DNA of 64,000 bases from Octopus sinensis (Eukaryota). The notes under the pieces were generated by a model. That model searched no databases and was not told the origin of the DNA. It was given only the letters and a program-made list of their open reading frames with translations. The position numbers were made by a program, and so were the translations under genes. The stretch spans positions 18,910,001-18,974,000 of the forward strand of contig NC_043021.1 in the NCBI RefSeq assembly GCF_006345805.1. Reading direction: 5' to 3'. Of this stretch, positions 11,725-25,830 are shown in pieces (positions within the stretch are counted from its first letter, which is position 1; every line of letters starts with the position of its first letter).

Positions 11725-12430
11725 TAAGCTAGTGTACATTGGGAATGAGGTAAAGAAGAACCAAGAGGAAATTTAGAACAAGTGTACTATTAGGGTACTT
11801 GGGAATGAGGTAAAAAAGAAGAAGCATCTGGTTGAAATGCTGAGTAAGTGTACTCTGGGAGTGAGGTAAAGAAGAACCAGGAGAAAAAGAAGAACAAGTG
11901 TTCTTGGGAATGAGGTAAAGAAGAAGAACCATCTTGACAAATGCTAAGTGTACTTTGGGAACAAGGTAAAGAAGAACTGAGAGGGAATTTAGAACAAGTG
12001 TACTATTAGGGTACTTGGGAATGAGGTAAAGAAGAGCAAGTGTACTTGGGAATGAGGTAAAGAAGAAGAACCATCTGGACAAATGCTAAGTGTACTTTGG
12101 GAACAAGGTAAAGAAGAACCATCTGGATGAAATGCTGAGTAAGCGTACTCTGGGAATGAGGTAGAAATGTGGAGTTAATGCACTGTGGGAATGGGGTAAA
12201 CAAGAATGAACACAAGATTAGTTAATATAGACTAGAAATAAGGTAAAGAACCACCAAGATGAAAGGTTTAGCTAGTGTACACTAGGAATGAGGTAAGGGG
12301 AAGGGCAAACTCAAAAGCTAGGCTAGTGTATACTGGGAATGAGGTAAAGAAGAACTGAAAGAGAATGCTAAGTTAGTGCATTCTGGGAATGGAGCTTTTT
12401 GTGCTCTAGGAATGGGGTAAAGAAGAAGAA
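11725..12430. repeat. Degenerate purine-rich minisatellite
   Basis: About 15 variable units built on GTACTTGGGAATGAGGTAAAGAAGAACC. Confidence 0.85.
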
Positions 12431-12474
12431 TGAATTCAGAGGCTGACCTTAAGTATTCTGGAAATGATAATAAT

Positions 12475-12815
12475 CATCATCGTTTAATGTCCGCTTTCCA
12501 TGCTAGCATGGGTTGGATGGTTCGACTGGAGTCTGGGAAGCCAGGAGGCTGCACCAGGCTCCTGTCTGATTTGGCAGTGTTTCTACAGCTTGATGCCCTT
12601 CCTAACACCAACCACTCCGTGAATGTAGTGGGTGCTTTTTACGTGCCACCGGCATAGGTGCCAAGCAAGGCTGTCAACAGCCACGATCGGTTGGTGCCTT
12701 TTACATGCCACCGGCACGGAGGCCAGTCGAGGTGGCGCTGGCAATGACCACGTTCAGATGGTTCTTTTACGTGCCACCGGCACTGGTATCACAACTGCAA
12801 TTTCCATTGATTTTT
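12475..12815 (-). mobile_element. RTE-tail repeat (representative minus-strand copy)
   Basis: (CAT)n-CGTTTAATGTCCGCTTTCCATGCTAGCATGGG... Other copies near 5430-5690, 9915-10160, 14160-14412, 18480-18950, 19610-19840, 21190-21430, 22800-23235, 28350-28650, 32815-33000, 34680-35270, 43250-43790, 44820-45300, 48200-48910, 57040-57360, 58280-58590 and 63250-63440. Confidence 0.85.
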
Positions 12816-13692
12816 GATATACAAAAACAAAATATTGACCCTTTTTGATTCCAACCTGCCTGAAAAAGCCTTTGGTTCTATTATACAAACTTAACTGCTT
12901 TAAAATGATCTGAATTAAAACCTTCTGTTGAAATTCAATGTTATGTTCCCAACCCCAGGTTATTACTTTTTCTAATTTTGGCACAAGGCCAGCAATTGTG
13001 AGGGGAGGGGGAAGTTGGTTACACCAACCCCAGTGCTCAACTAGTACTTATTTTACTAACCCTGAATAAATGAAAGACAAAGCTACCCTTAGTGGAATTT
13101 GAGCTCAGAACATAAAGAACCAGAAGGAATGCCACTAAAAATTTGTTTGTCCCCTCTATGTTTAGCCCCTTGTGGGCAGTAAAGAAATATATATATATAT
13201 ATATATATATACTGAAAGAAACTGAAAGAAGCCTGCCATGTATGGATATATATATATATATATCCATACATGGCAGGCTTCTTTCAGTTTCTGTCTACCA
13301 AATCTACTCATAAGTCTTTGCTCGGTCTGAGGTTATAGAAGAAGACACTTGCCCAAGGTGCTACGCGGTGGGACTGAACCCGGAGCCATGTGGTTGGGAA
13401 GTAAGGTTCTTACCACACAGCCAAGCCATGTTGACAAAAAAAAAAATTCTTTAAGAGACAATAAAATGTTCAAGAACCAATGCTTTTGGGTGTGTTGATA
13501 TGGTGTAAAATGTCAGCGTTTAATCATGTAATGTCTTGTAAAATAACCTGAGTGTAGAGAACAATTTTCATTTTTGAACAACATCAATAAATATTGGAGC
13601 CTATTAGAAAAAAAAAATGTCTTGACATAGTAATGAACAACAACAAAAAATAATAATAATAATAATCCATTTTATTATTTTTCTCTTTACAG

Positions 13693-13728
13693 TTCCAATG
13701 GGTGTTATCACTGAGACTGGAGTTCCAG
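13693..13728 (+). CDS. Candidate 36-nt internal exon
   Basis: Strong acceptor TTTTCTCTTTACAG| and donor CAG|GTAAAA; open in phase 0 (FQWVLSLRLEFQ) and phase 1 (xPMGVITETGVP); followed by a 69-nt AT-rich intron-like segment ending TCCTCAG. Confidence 0.45.
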
Positions 13729-13797
13729 GTAAAAAAATATTTTAATTATTTTTTAATTCTTAGTAAACATACTGTCTTAACCCTTTTAAATCCTCAG

Positions 13798-13872
13798 GGA
13801 CATATATTCCGTGTGTGCTGCACATCCATCGAAAACGGCAAATTCGTTATAAATATTAACTGTACTCGTTAA
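13798..13872 (+). CDS. Candidate exon following the 36-nt exon
   Basis: Acceptor CCCTTTTAAATCCTCAG|; gives GHIFRVCCTSIENGKFVININCTR* (phase 0, stop 13870-72) or GTYIPCVLHIHRKRQIRYKY* (phase 1, stop 13857-59). 3' end uncertain. Confidence 0.3.
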   Translation, partial: GHIFRVCCTSIENGKFVININCTR

Positions 13873-14649
13873 TTTAACCACAAACCATAATGGAAAACTT
13901 ATGCTGTGCCCCTGCTTGAAATTCGGTGGCAGGTGTCTAGAAATAACACTGTACACCACACAGCGCATTGTATCATAATATGGTACTGGGCAATTAGTAG
14001 GAGAATAAGAGAATGGCAAAAAATTAATGGTGAACAGTGTGCAACAGCTTCGACAGCACGGTCGCAGGTTCAATTTCATGGCAAGAAGTTGTACACTTAA
14101 ATTAATTTGAAATTCCTAAACTAAAACTAATTTTTGTTACAATAATTTTTTTTCTTACAGTGTCGGTGGCACGTAAAAAGCACCATCCGTCCGTGGCCGT
14201 TTGCCAGCCCGTCTGGCACCTGTGCGGGTGGCACGTAAAAAGCACCCACTACACTCACGGAGTGGTTGGTGTTAGGAAGGGCATCCAGCCGTAGAAACAC
14301 TGCCAGATCAGACTGGGCCTGGTGCAGCCTTCTGGCTTCCCAGACCCCAGTTGAACCGTCCAACCCATGCTAGCATGGAAAGCGGACGCTAAATGATGAT
14401 GATGATGATGATGTCATCATATAACTTTGATCCTAATTTGTTTTCAAAACTAATAATATACTTTTAGAAGTTGGAAACAAAACTTAAGTCAGGTCAAAGT
14501 CTGGTGCTGTTAGCACACCAAACACTACAAGTTTGAGCTGTATCAGCTGTTTTGTCATTAGTCACTGAAAACGGTTGGGCGTTGATATTTTGCTCAGTGG
14601 ATTTTGTGATGTCCTTAATTGTGTACATCAGTATTTTATTTAAAATTTA

Positions 14650-14960
14650 CGAGGGTGAGTCAAAAAGTAAATGCCATTTTGTTTAGGACAGGCGTAATTA
14701 CCAACACAGGAACATGTATCATACATCAAAATGAAGCTTGGTCCTCTGTGGATCACATCCCTACTTCTCAACATAGTCACCGTTTCTCCCAATAGCATGT
14801 TCCACCTTCGAATGAGAGCATGTATCCCTGCCCCGTAAAATTCTGTTGACTGTTCTTTGAGCTACTTCTTCACTTCCTCGTCACTGGAATAATGTTTGTC
14901 TCAAACCCACTTTCATGGGGCCAAAGAAAGGCAACCGTTATTCCAGTGACAAGGAAATAA
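14650..14960 (-). mobile_element. mariner transposon 3' remnant
   Basis: TA|CGAGGGTGAGTCAAAAAGTAA TIR-like end; minus-strand peptide HYSSDEEVKK*LKEQSTEFYGAGIHALIRRWN...NGDYVEK* matches a mariner transposase C-terminus, with a stop and a frameshift. Confidence 0.8.
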
Positions 14961-15239
14961 AAACTGTAGCATAGCTGTGTCTTCTGCAAAGTTGCTTTGA
15001 TGCTGGTGACCTTTGCCTGTTGTAGGACCTCAATGTTTGTGACGAAGTCACTCTAGTACATTTGTAGAATAATAAAATCCTTGATCTATTTTATAAAATA
15101 CAGTTATTTATAAGAGTTCGTTAATAATCTTATTTTTAAAAGTAATTTTAATAAGATAAATATTTGCTCTGTTTCTTGTTCGGTCTAAAATACCATCTGG
15201 CACTCTCTAGGAGGTACAGGCACCCCAGGTTGGATACCG

Positions 15240-15985
15240 TTCATGGATGGGTAGGAATTAGTACAGTTGGTAGTGAGACAGGCTTGGTAATGAAGTGTAA
15301 CTAGGTCAGTTGGTACTGTTCTAGGTTTGATATTGTGTTGTAACTAGGTTTCTCGGTTTGATACTGTGTTGTAACTAGGTCAGTTAATAGTGAGAGACAC
15401 TTGGTACTCTATTATAAGTCAGTTGGTAAAGAGCCAAGCTTGGCAGTCTATTGAAAGTAGGTCAGTTTGTAGTGATCAAAGTTTGGGGGTATATGGTAAC
15501 TAGGTCAGTTGGTAGTGAGCAGGGCTTTTGTAAAGTATCAGAACTGGAGTCAGTTGATAGTGAGTCAAGTTTGGTGGTATTTTGTAACTAGGTCAGTTGT
15601 GAGCCAAGCTTGGTGCTGTATTGTATCTAGGTTGTTTAGTAGTGAGATCTGTTTTGATGTATATTGCAACTAGGTCACTTGGTAGTTAGTAAGGCTTTGT
15701 GACGTGTTGTAACTAGGTCAGTTGCTAATGAGCTTTGCTTCATGCTGTTTTGTAACTAGGTCAAATAGTCATGAATCATGTTTGGTATCATATTGTAACT
15801 AGGTCAACTGATACTGAACAAAGCTTTGGTATCATATTGTAACTAGGTCAGCTGATACAGAACAAGGCTTTGGTATCATATTGTAACTAGGTCAGCTGAT
15901 ACTGAACAAGGCTTTGGTATCATATTGTAACTAGGTCAGCTGATACTGAACAAGGCTTTCGTGATGACTTGAAACTAGGTCATAG
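15240..15985. repeat. Minisatellite with core TGTAACTAGGTCAG, about 40-44-bp units
   Basis: About 17 units; degenerate at left, nearly identical 44-bp units at 15793-15960. Confidence 0.9.
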
Positions 15986-16589
15986 CACTTTTGTGCACCT
16001 GTCAGGGCAGGGTACAAAGAGGGGTCCTCCCAGATGATATAGAGTGTGCTGGAGAAGATACACATGCACAGGACCTGCCCAAGGAATAGATGTACACTAA
16101 GGTACCATAAATTTAAAACAACAAATGAATTATTATCAACACCTCTCTGACTTTTGTACCATCCTGTACATGGGTACAAACTGTTAACCCCTAATCTTTT
16201 TTTCTCTTTGACTTCCAAAACAATTCTTTTTTGATATTTGATAAAGTGGATACATCGAAACTGGTTATATTTTAAATCACTCACTGTAACAAAAATATTA
16301 AACTTTTTACAACTTTATTTACAGTTTTAGCCATAAATTTTCATTTGTATGGACTTTTAACCCCCTTTCAACTAATATCTATAATTAATCCCCCCCCACC
16401 CAAAAAAAAACACGAAGGAAAAAAACTACAATATGAGGACGTGGTACATGTAAAGTATCAACAGATGCTCAGGGAAGGAAAGAAAGGGTGTTTTATGTTT
16501 CGAGCAAAGCTCTTCTTCAGAAACAGGAGACAGAGGAAGACGGAGGGAAAAAATCACCAACAATCCATATAGAGTTACATTTTGGAATA

Positions 16590-16629
<40 letters not shown>

Positions 16630-19600
16630 TGCAGGAGTGGGTGTGTGGTAAGAAGCTTGCTTCCCAACCACATAATTCCGGGTTCAGTCCCACTGTGTGG
16701 CACCTTGGGCAAGTGTCTTCTACTATAGCCTCAGTCCAACCAAAGCCTTGTGAGTGGATTTGGTAGATGGAAACTGAAAGAAGCCTGATGTACATATATG
16801 TGTGTGTGTGTGTATTTGTATGTGTCTGTGTTTGTCCCGCCATTATTGCTTGACAACTGATGTTGGTCCCCGTCACTTAGCGGTTCGGCAAAAGAGACCG
16901 ATAGAATAAGTACTAAGCTTACAAAGAATAAGTCCTGGAGGGTCGATTTATTTGTTCAACTAAAGGCAGTGCCCCAGTATGGCCACAGTCAGATGACTGA
17001 AACAAGTAAAAGAATAAAAGAATAAGTATCGCTTGCACGTTCTCTCTCGCTCTCTTTTCCTCAATTTCTCTCTCTCTCTCTCTCTCTCTCTTCCCTCTCT
17101 CTGACGTACTTAGATATAATGTCATTCTATTATACAATTATCTCAGTTACGCAGTACATACGTTTTTATTTTGTGTCTTTGTTGTTTCTCTCTGAAACAG
17201 AGCATAAGAGAATACTTGATTGAATAAGCTATTTAATTTTCTTTCCTCTTATAGTACTTTCTTTGTATCCCTCACTTTATTTCTGTATGGTTCACTTAGC
17301 CTTCCATGTGGAGCACTTACCAGAAAAATCATCCAACAGTGTTACCTGTAGTACATATCTTGCTCAGGTGTGTGTTAGATTTTACTTTCAGCTGTTTAAT
17401 GTGTAAGCCTTTTGTATTTAAACCATCCACATCTAACCCAAATATTCTATGTGTTTTATATTCAAACGGGCCAGATCCAGCCTCTCACGCCTACTCTACA
17501 ATGTCATCCTAAGAATAAACAATCACACCATTCAAATCTCAAAGCTATTAGATAATGCATGATTAATTAGGAGCAGTGTGATTAAAAAGGCATTTGGCGC
17601 AATCGGTTAGCGCATTTGGCTGTTAACCTATTTCTTTATTACCCTCAAGGGGCTAAACACGGAAGCGACAAACAACGGCAGACAAACAGATTAAGTCCCC
17701 AGTGTGTAACTGGTACTTATTTAATCGACCCCAAAAGGATGAAAGGCAAAGTCGACCTCGGCGGAATTTGAACTCAGAACGTAGCTACAGACAAAATACC
17801 TATTTCTTTACTACCCACAAGGGGCTAAACACAGAAGCGACAAACAAGGACAGACAAACGGATTAAGTCAATTATATCAACCCCAGTGCGTAACTGGTAC
17901 TTATTTAATCAACCCCGAAAGGACGAAAGGCAAAGTCGACCTCGGCGAAATTTGAACTCAGAACATAGCGACAGACGAAATACCGCCAGGCATTTTGCCC
18001 GACATGCTGACGACTCTGCCAGCTCAGGTTGGTGGTTCATGCCCATCCAGGGACGATGACTGATGATGATGATGATGATGCATTTGACAGAGCAACATGA
18101 ATGCTAAAGGGTTAACCAGCCATATCTGGCCCAAATATTCCATCTGTTTTATGTTCAAACCAACTAGATCTGGCCTCTCACACCTGCCCTACAGTGTCGT
18201 TCTAAAGATAATCACATCATTGAACTCTCAAAGCTATGAAATAATGCATGATTAATTCAAAACAATGCAAATCAATAAACATTACATTTGACAGAGTGAG
18301 CTGAATGTTAAAGGATTAAAATGAGAGTTAAGTGTATGGCTTAACCCTTTAGCATTCAGACCATCCATATCTGATCCCAAAATATTCTACCTATTTTATG
18401 CTCACGCCTACCCTACAATGCCATTCTAAAAATAAACAATCACATCATCGAAATCTCAGAGTTACAAGATTATGTATGATTCATCATCATCATCGTTTAA
18501 CGTCCGCTTTCCATGCTAGCACGAGTTGGACGGTTCGACCGAGGTCTGGGAAGCCAGAAGGCTGCACCAGGCTCCAGTCTGATCTGGCAGTGTTTCTACA
18601 GCTGGATGCCCTTCCTAACGCCAACCACTCCGAGAGTGTAGTAGGTGCTTTTTATGTGCCAGGGGAGGCTGGCAGCAGCCACGATCAGTTGGTGCTTTTT
18701 ACATGCCACCGGCACAGAAGCTAGTCAAGGTGGCGCTGGCATCGGCCAAGTTCGGATGGTGCTATTTACATGCTGCTGGCATGGGTATCACAACTACAAT
18801 TTCCATTTAATATTTATTTTGATGTTGATGTACTTGACTCAATAGGTCTCCTCAAGCACAGCAGGTCATGTGCCACTGGTACAGAAGTCGGTCAAGGCAG
18901 CGCTGGCATCGACCACGTTCAGATGGGGCTTTTAACGTGCCGCCAAATGTGAATAGATAAAATTTACATTTGACAGAAAAATCTGAATGCTAAAAAGTTA
19001 ATGATAATTAAGAGGGATGGGTAGGGACATCCTTTCATTAACTTTGTTAGATTAATTAAGAAATAGCCTTTGGTGACATTGTGGTTCACATCATTGTTTA
19101 ACCCTTTAGTATTCAGATTAATCTAACAAATGTAATGCTTATTGATTTACGTTATTCTGAATTCATCATGCACTATCATATAGTTTCGAGATTTCGATGA
19201 TATAACTTTATTTTTAAAATGACATTGTAGGATAGGTGTGAGAGGCCAGATCTGACTGATTTGAAGATAAAACAGGTAGACTATTTTGGCCGGATATGGC
19301 CGGGTTGAATGCTAAAGGTTTAATGAGGTCAGTCCTCATTCAGCTGACCCATCATCAAAGGCTTTCTAGTAATGGCCATCCTGTCTTTGTTTAAGGTGTA
19401 TTGTATCTAGGATAGCATCCAAGCTGCATATTCCAGCTTCTTTTTTTCAATTCTTTAACTGCAAAATTGAATTTCATAGTTATTCCAATAATGATGTTGA
19501 ATATCTACCAAAAAAAAATATAGAATTGGTATTTTCTGCAAGTCATGTTGGCTCAATAAACTTCCCATATCTTCACAAAGGATTGTTCTGCGCTGGTACC

Positions 19601-21430
19601 ACATAGAATGCACTCATGCTTGTGCTGTGTAATGCACCTGTGTCAGTGGTACGTAAAACGCACCGAAGCACACTCTGTAAAGTGGTTGGCATCAGGAAGT
19701 GCATCCTGCTGTAGAAACTATGCCACAAGAGACAACTGTAGTCTGGCCAGCTCCATGTCAAACTGTCCAACTCATGCCAGCATGGAAAACAGTTGTTAAA
19801 TGATGATCACAATGACGACGATGATGATGATGATGATGATGACAGCAGCATTCCTCAACAAAAGATAGATTAGTGTATAAAACTACTTTTCACAGTTAAG
19901 GGTAATGAAATTTTGAGTTGATACATTTGATTTCTGTTGTAAAAGGGTTAACCCTTTAGTGTTCAGATTACTCTGTCTCATGTAAAGCTTTTTTATTCAT
20001 CTTGTTTTGAATTAATCATTCATCATCTTATAGCTTTGAGGTTTCAATGATGTGATTGTTTATTTTTAGAATGTCAATGTAGGTTAGGTGTGAGAGGCTA
20101 GATATGGCCAGTTTGAATATAAAACATGTAGAATATTTGGGCCGGATTTGGCCAGTTTAAACACTAAAGGATTAAGTCAGTAGGAGGGGATTTGGTTGCT
20201 ATTTTTGATAGGTTCTGTATATTCCCTGTTGACTTGGATTCAAAGACATTCCCAAGAACTTTCAGATTGATGCTTTTAGGTCAGTGGTTCTGAGCATATT
20301 TAATATCTTGGCCAGATCCAAAACCTAATTTTTTTGTAGGGGCCTGCACTAAAAAAAAGTAGAAAACAAATCAATGAAGGTGAGGGAAGATTGCCGATCG
20401 GGGCCACTGGAAGGATGCTTAAGGATCGTATACAACCCTGGGATCTGTGATTGAGAACTGCGGTTTTAGATAGTTGAAAGTTAGCCGGGGTCTCTACTAG
20501 TGTTTTGTTAAACTTCACAAACACCCTGGTTCCCTCTCCCCCACACCCCCTCCACCACAACCACTGACCTATTGATGTAACTGGTTCCATTGATCTCCCC
20601 ACCACCACCACCAGTCTGGGGGGAGCGTCATCTTATGAAGGTCATGAATACTGTCCCATTTTCTCTAAGTACAACCTCGGAGAGGTGCCCCACCCCCACA
20701 CATACTTTGAATATAATATATTCTGTTAGATAATTGGGTACTTTATGGCGTGCAGCCCCAACCTCAAATAAATAAATGTAGAGAGTGTTAATGACATAAT
20801 TGCTCTTAGCTTCAGATGTTGATTAGAGCATGAGGATAATTAATTGAGCATTTGGTTGCCCTAGCTCTGTGTGTGTATACATGTGAGTTTGTGTATCTCT
20901 CTATCTGTCTGTATGTCTGTCTCTGCTGAGCAAAATCGCAGTCATAGCAGATACCTATTTCTTTACTACCCACAAGGGGCTAAACACAGAGGGGACAAAC
21001 AAGGACAGACAAACGGATTAAGTCGATTACATCGACCCCAGTGCGTAACTGGTACTTAATTTATCAACCCCCGAAAGGATGATAGGCAAAGTCGACCTCG
21101 GCGGAATTTGAACTCACAACGTAGCGGCAGACGAAATACGGCTACGCATTTCGCCCGGTGTGCTAACGATTCTGCCAGCTCGCAGTTGTAGCAGATACCG
21201 GTGTCATGTAAATTGGCATCCATACTGGTGGCACGTAAACACACTCTGGTGTCACGCAAATGGCATGTAAAAGCACCCATTACACTCTTGGAGTGGTTGG
21301 CGTTAGGAAGGACATCCAGCCTTAGCAAACTATGCCAAATCAGACTGGAGTCTTGTGTAGCCTTCCAGTGTGCCAACCCAGTCATACTATCCAACCCATG
21401 CCAGCATGGACAACGGATGTTAAATGATGA

Positions 21431-21477
<47 letters not shown>

Positions 21478-22333
21478 CGTAGGAGTGACTGTGTGGTAAG
21501 GTAGTTTGCTTACCAACCACATGGGCAAGTGTCTTCTACTATAGCCTCGGACTGACCAAAGCCTTGTGAATGGATTTGGTAGATGGAAACTGAAAGAAGC
21601 CTGTTGTACATATGTATATATGTACATGCGTGTATATGTTTGTGTGTCTGTGTTTGTCCCCCCGACAGCGCTTGACAACCGATGCTGGTGTGTTTATGTC
21701 CCTGTAACTTAGCGGTTTGGCAAAAGGACTTATTCTCTGTAAGCTTAGTACTTATTCTATCGGTCTCTTTTGCCGAACCGCTAAGTTACGGGAATGTAAA
21801 CACACCAGCATCGATTGTCACGCGATGTTGGGGGGACAAACACAGATACACAAAAATATACACACACACATACATATATGAGGATCTTGATAGCTGGGAT
21901 AGTAAGGAGTTCCCTCCCTGCTTGCAATATATAGCAAGCGCAAAACCCACTGGGTAACCTGCTGGAGGAGGCGTCCTTCTGGGGTTAAAATAGCAGTATC
22001 GTCCATTCTTAGAGAACACCCATGTTTATATATACAAAAATGGGACAAGCACGCAAAACACCCAGACAGACGATACAAAAAAACAAGGACAGGTCATTCA
22101 GAGTTTTCTTTCCTCAGTCAAGTTCCAGATTATCTTTGCAATTTTAGCTGGTTATAAGGTTAATTGAGTTAGATGTTAAAATAACTGTCTAAGGGATAGA
22201 AGTATCCATTACACTATGGGTATATTTAACCATAGGCATACATATGCTAACATATTATGCTCATAAACTATAGGTAAAGACAGAGATAAATATAGGTTTA
22301 TGAAAAATCAGAATTTAAAGAAAACAGAAAATG

Positions 22334-22386
<53 letters not shown>

Positions 22387-23499
22387 GGAAGGGCATCCAG
22401 CCATAGAAACCATGCCACAACAGATGTCTGTTTCTATGGCCGATGCCCTCTGTACTGGTCATCTTCATGTCAGCTTCATGTCAAACCATCCAACCCATGC
22501 TAGCATGGAAAGTAGATGTTAAACAATGATGATGTGATGGTAGTTCGAGCATCAAGCTTTCGATCGTGAGGTTGTGAGTTCGATTCCTGGACCGGGTTGT
22601 GTGTTGTTATAGGTACAATAGAAGGTCAAGCTCTGCAAGAAAGGGGCAGCCATTACCATCACACATGTACACATACATGCACGCACACACACACACACAT
22701 CAAATAACACTATTACATACAAACATAGTCTTTCACTTGCACACCAAGAAAGACACATACACATCTGATCACTCGAGCATGCAGGCACATAAGCATACAT
22801 CATCATCATCATCATCGTTTAACGTCTGCTTTCCATGCTAGCATGGGTTGGACGGTTTTGACTGAAGGCTGGCAAGCCAGATGGCTGCACCAGGCTTCAA
22901 TCTTGATCTGGCAGAGTTTCAACAGCTGGATGCTCTTCCTAACGCCAACCACTCCGAGAGTGTAGTGGGTGCTTTTTACATGCCACCGGCATCGGGGCCA
23001 GTCAGGCGGTACTGGCACCAGCCTCGCTTGAATCTTTTACACATGACACCGGCACAGGAACCAGTAAGGCTATGCTGGTAACGATCACGCTCGAATGGTG
23101 TCTTTTATGTGCCACCGGCACGGGGGCCAGATAGCCGCTCTGGCAACGATCACGCTTGGATGGTGCTCTTAATACCCTACTAGCACAGGGCTCGAGTGCC
23201 AGTAAGGCGACGTCGGTAACAATCACGCTCGAATAAATACGCATTCATTCACACACATGTGTATCTGTACATATACACATACATGCGCAAGCATGCACTC
23301 ACACACAAACATGCATGCATGTTCACGTACACTCATAACCTACATCTGTAGTAAACTATATTGTTGTTTAACCCAGCAAGTAGATCATCACAGATATTCC
23401 AGTCATGACTATCCCATCTGCCTATCTATCTGTCTTTCTATATACATACATATATACATACATGCATACACTCACACACATTTATACATGCTTACATAT

Positions 23500-23713
23500 A
23501 TATAATGTCTATATATATATATTTATTTATTTATTGTGTATATATTATATGTATATATTGTGCATATATTATATATAATATATTATATGTATATATTGTG
23601 TATATATATGTTATATATATATATATATTGTGTATATATATGTTATATGTATATATTGTGTGTATATATATATATATATATTATATATATATATATATTG
23701 TGTATATATATGT

Positions 23714-23765
<52 letters not shown>
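23500..23765. repeat. Imperfect (TA)n tract
   Basis: Direct reading. Confidence 0.95.
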
Positions 23766-23767
<2 letters not shown>

Positions 23768-24249
23768 CTTTCTCCCCCACCCACTCTCTCTCTCTCTCTC
23801 TCTACACACACATATATATATACAGAGAGAGATGAGGGACTGCATCATTCACTGTGTCTTTTTATTCCAAGACGTTCAGGCTTGGTTTGCAGCGAGGGAG
23901 ATTTGGCTACTATTTCTAGCTGGTCGAACAGTGGCCACATAGAAACTCCCCTCAAACGTATATTGTCATGGTTAAGATGGCAACATTCGTGTCTGCAGAC
24001 TGAAGGAAAAAGTGGTATATTCTGTCATGTGATGCAGTGATGTAAGGCAGTAGATGGCGCTATTACTGCTGCAACAACCGACACCAGCTGTAGTCGTAGT
24101 AGTAGCAGTAGTAGGAGCAGCAGCAGCAGTCCTGCAGAGGTACCAGTGCCGCACTCCTGTGACAATAACGATGAGGTTGTAACTGTCTCAGATGCTGCCT
24201 TGCCCCACCCCCTCACCACTCCCCACCATTTTTGACAAAAGTGAAGCTT

Positions 24250-24585
24250 ACCTGTGATCATCATCACCATCTTCGTCATCATAATCATCATCTTCATCAT
24301 CATCGTCATCATTATCATCATCATCGTCGTTATTATCATCTTCATCATCATCATCACCATCTTCATCATCATCGCTGTCATTATCATCATCATTGTTATC
24401 ATCATCTTAATCATTATCATCATCACCATCTTCATCATCATCATCTTCGTCATCGCTGTCATTATCATCATCATCGTCGTTATCATCATCATCATCATCA
24501 TCTTCGTCATCACTGTCATTATCATCATCATCATCATCATTTTGTCATTATCATCATCTTCGTCATCATCATCATCATCATCACT
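24250..24585. repeat. (CAT/TCA)n trinucleotide tract
   Basis: Direct reading; source of the poly-H/I/M/D ORFs. Confidence 0.95.
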
Positions 24586-24969
24586 GTTAACACCACCACC
24601 GCAGCAATCGTCACTATGAGCTAACGATGAAGAGGTACATATGTGGACACTTGACCTGCTGGAAATAGCAGGCAAATCTCCTGGAAATCCACAAAGCAAT
24701 GCCTTACCATCTTTTAAAGCAGAATATGTTGTATATCCTGATCCACAACAGGTTCCTTGCATGTTTGAATGCCTTTGATCATAGGTCTGCTCAGACCGGG
24801 AGGGGGGGAGGTGTTAACTGGGGGGTTAAACAACTATGACCACCTTTCCCCCTTGCTGTCTCCATCACCCAACTCCCACCCACCTCCATTCCCACCACTT
24901 CTGTCATTGTGCCATTATCATCATTAGCTTAGCCTTTGTAACGAGCTAGTTTACTTTTAGCATCACTTC

Positions 24970-25830
24970 AGCCACCACCACCACCACCACCACCATCATT
25001 AATTAGCACCACTATCATCATCATCGTTACCATCAACACTACTGTTGTCATTGTCATTACCAAAACCATCACTAATGCTATCACCACCATCACCAGCACC
25101 ACTACCATCACCATCAGTATACTACCCCCTCCACTGGCCACCATCACCAATGCCATCAACATCACCATTACCACCTGTCACCACTACCACCTGCTACAAC
25201 CACCACCATCACCAACACCACTTGTATCATAGCTACCACCTACAACCACCAATACTTGCATCATGACTACCACCACCATCTCCACCTCTAGCATCACCAT
25301 CTCTTTGACATTAGTGTTCTTACCATCGCAATCATTACCACCACCACCACCACCACCACCACTACAATCATCGCCAGCACCACCACCATCACCAACACCA
25401 CTTGTATCATAGCTACCACCTACAACCACCAATACTTGCATCATGACTACCACCACCATCTCCACCTCTAGCATCACCATCTCTTTGACATTAGTGTTCT
25501 TACCATCGCAATCATTACCACCACCACCACACCACCACCACCACAATCATCGCCAGCACCACCACCTCCACTGCCACCTATATGATATTAATGATAATGT
25601 CATTGTAACCACAACCACTAGCTACAACCACCTCCCCATCACCATGTGATGTTACTGATGATAATACCATTGTCACCACCACCACCATCACAGACACCTC
25701 TGTAACATCTGTGATAAAGACCATCTCTATACCACCACCACCTCCACCTCCACCACTGTTGCCATCACCAACTCCCTTTCTAGGACATGAGAAATAATAC
25801 CATAGTAGCCATCACCACCACCACAATCTC
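24970..25830. repeat. (CCA)n-rich tract with an internal 180-bp tandem duplication
   Basis: The CTTGTATCATAGC... block starts at both 25221 and 25401. Confidence 0.9.

Noticed and set aside
15931-16284. 117-aa minus-strand ORF with a hydrophobic stretch and a good acceptor near 16265
   Set aside because: No recognisable domain; runs into a minisatellite; could not be linked to other exons.
19440-19580. LLSQHDLQKIPILYF resembling an Arf/Arl GTPase segment (minus strand)
   Set aside because: No NKxD motif, and a stop follows soon after; probably chance.
24025-24762. 245-aa ORF with poly-D and poly-M runs
   Set aside because: Read-through of a (GAT)n microsatellite flanked by repeat fragments; no domain and no splice context.
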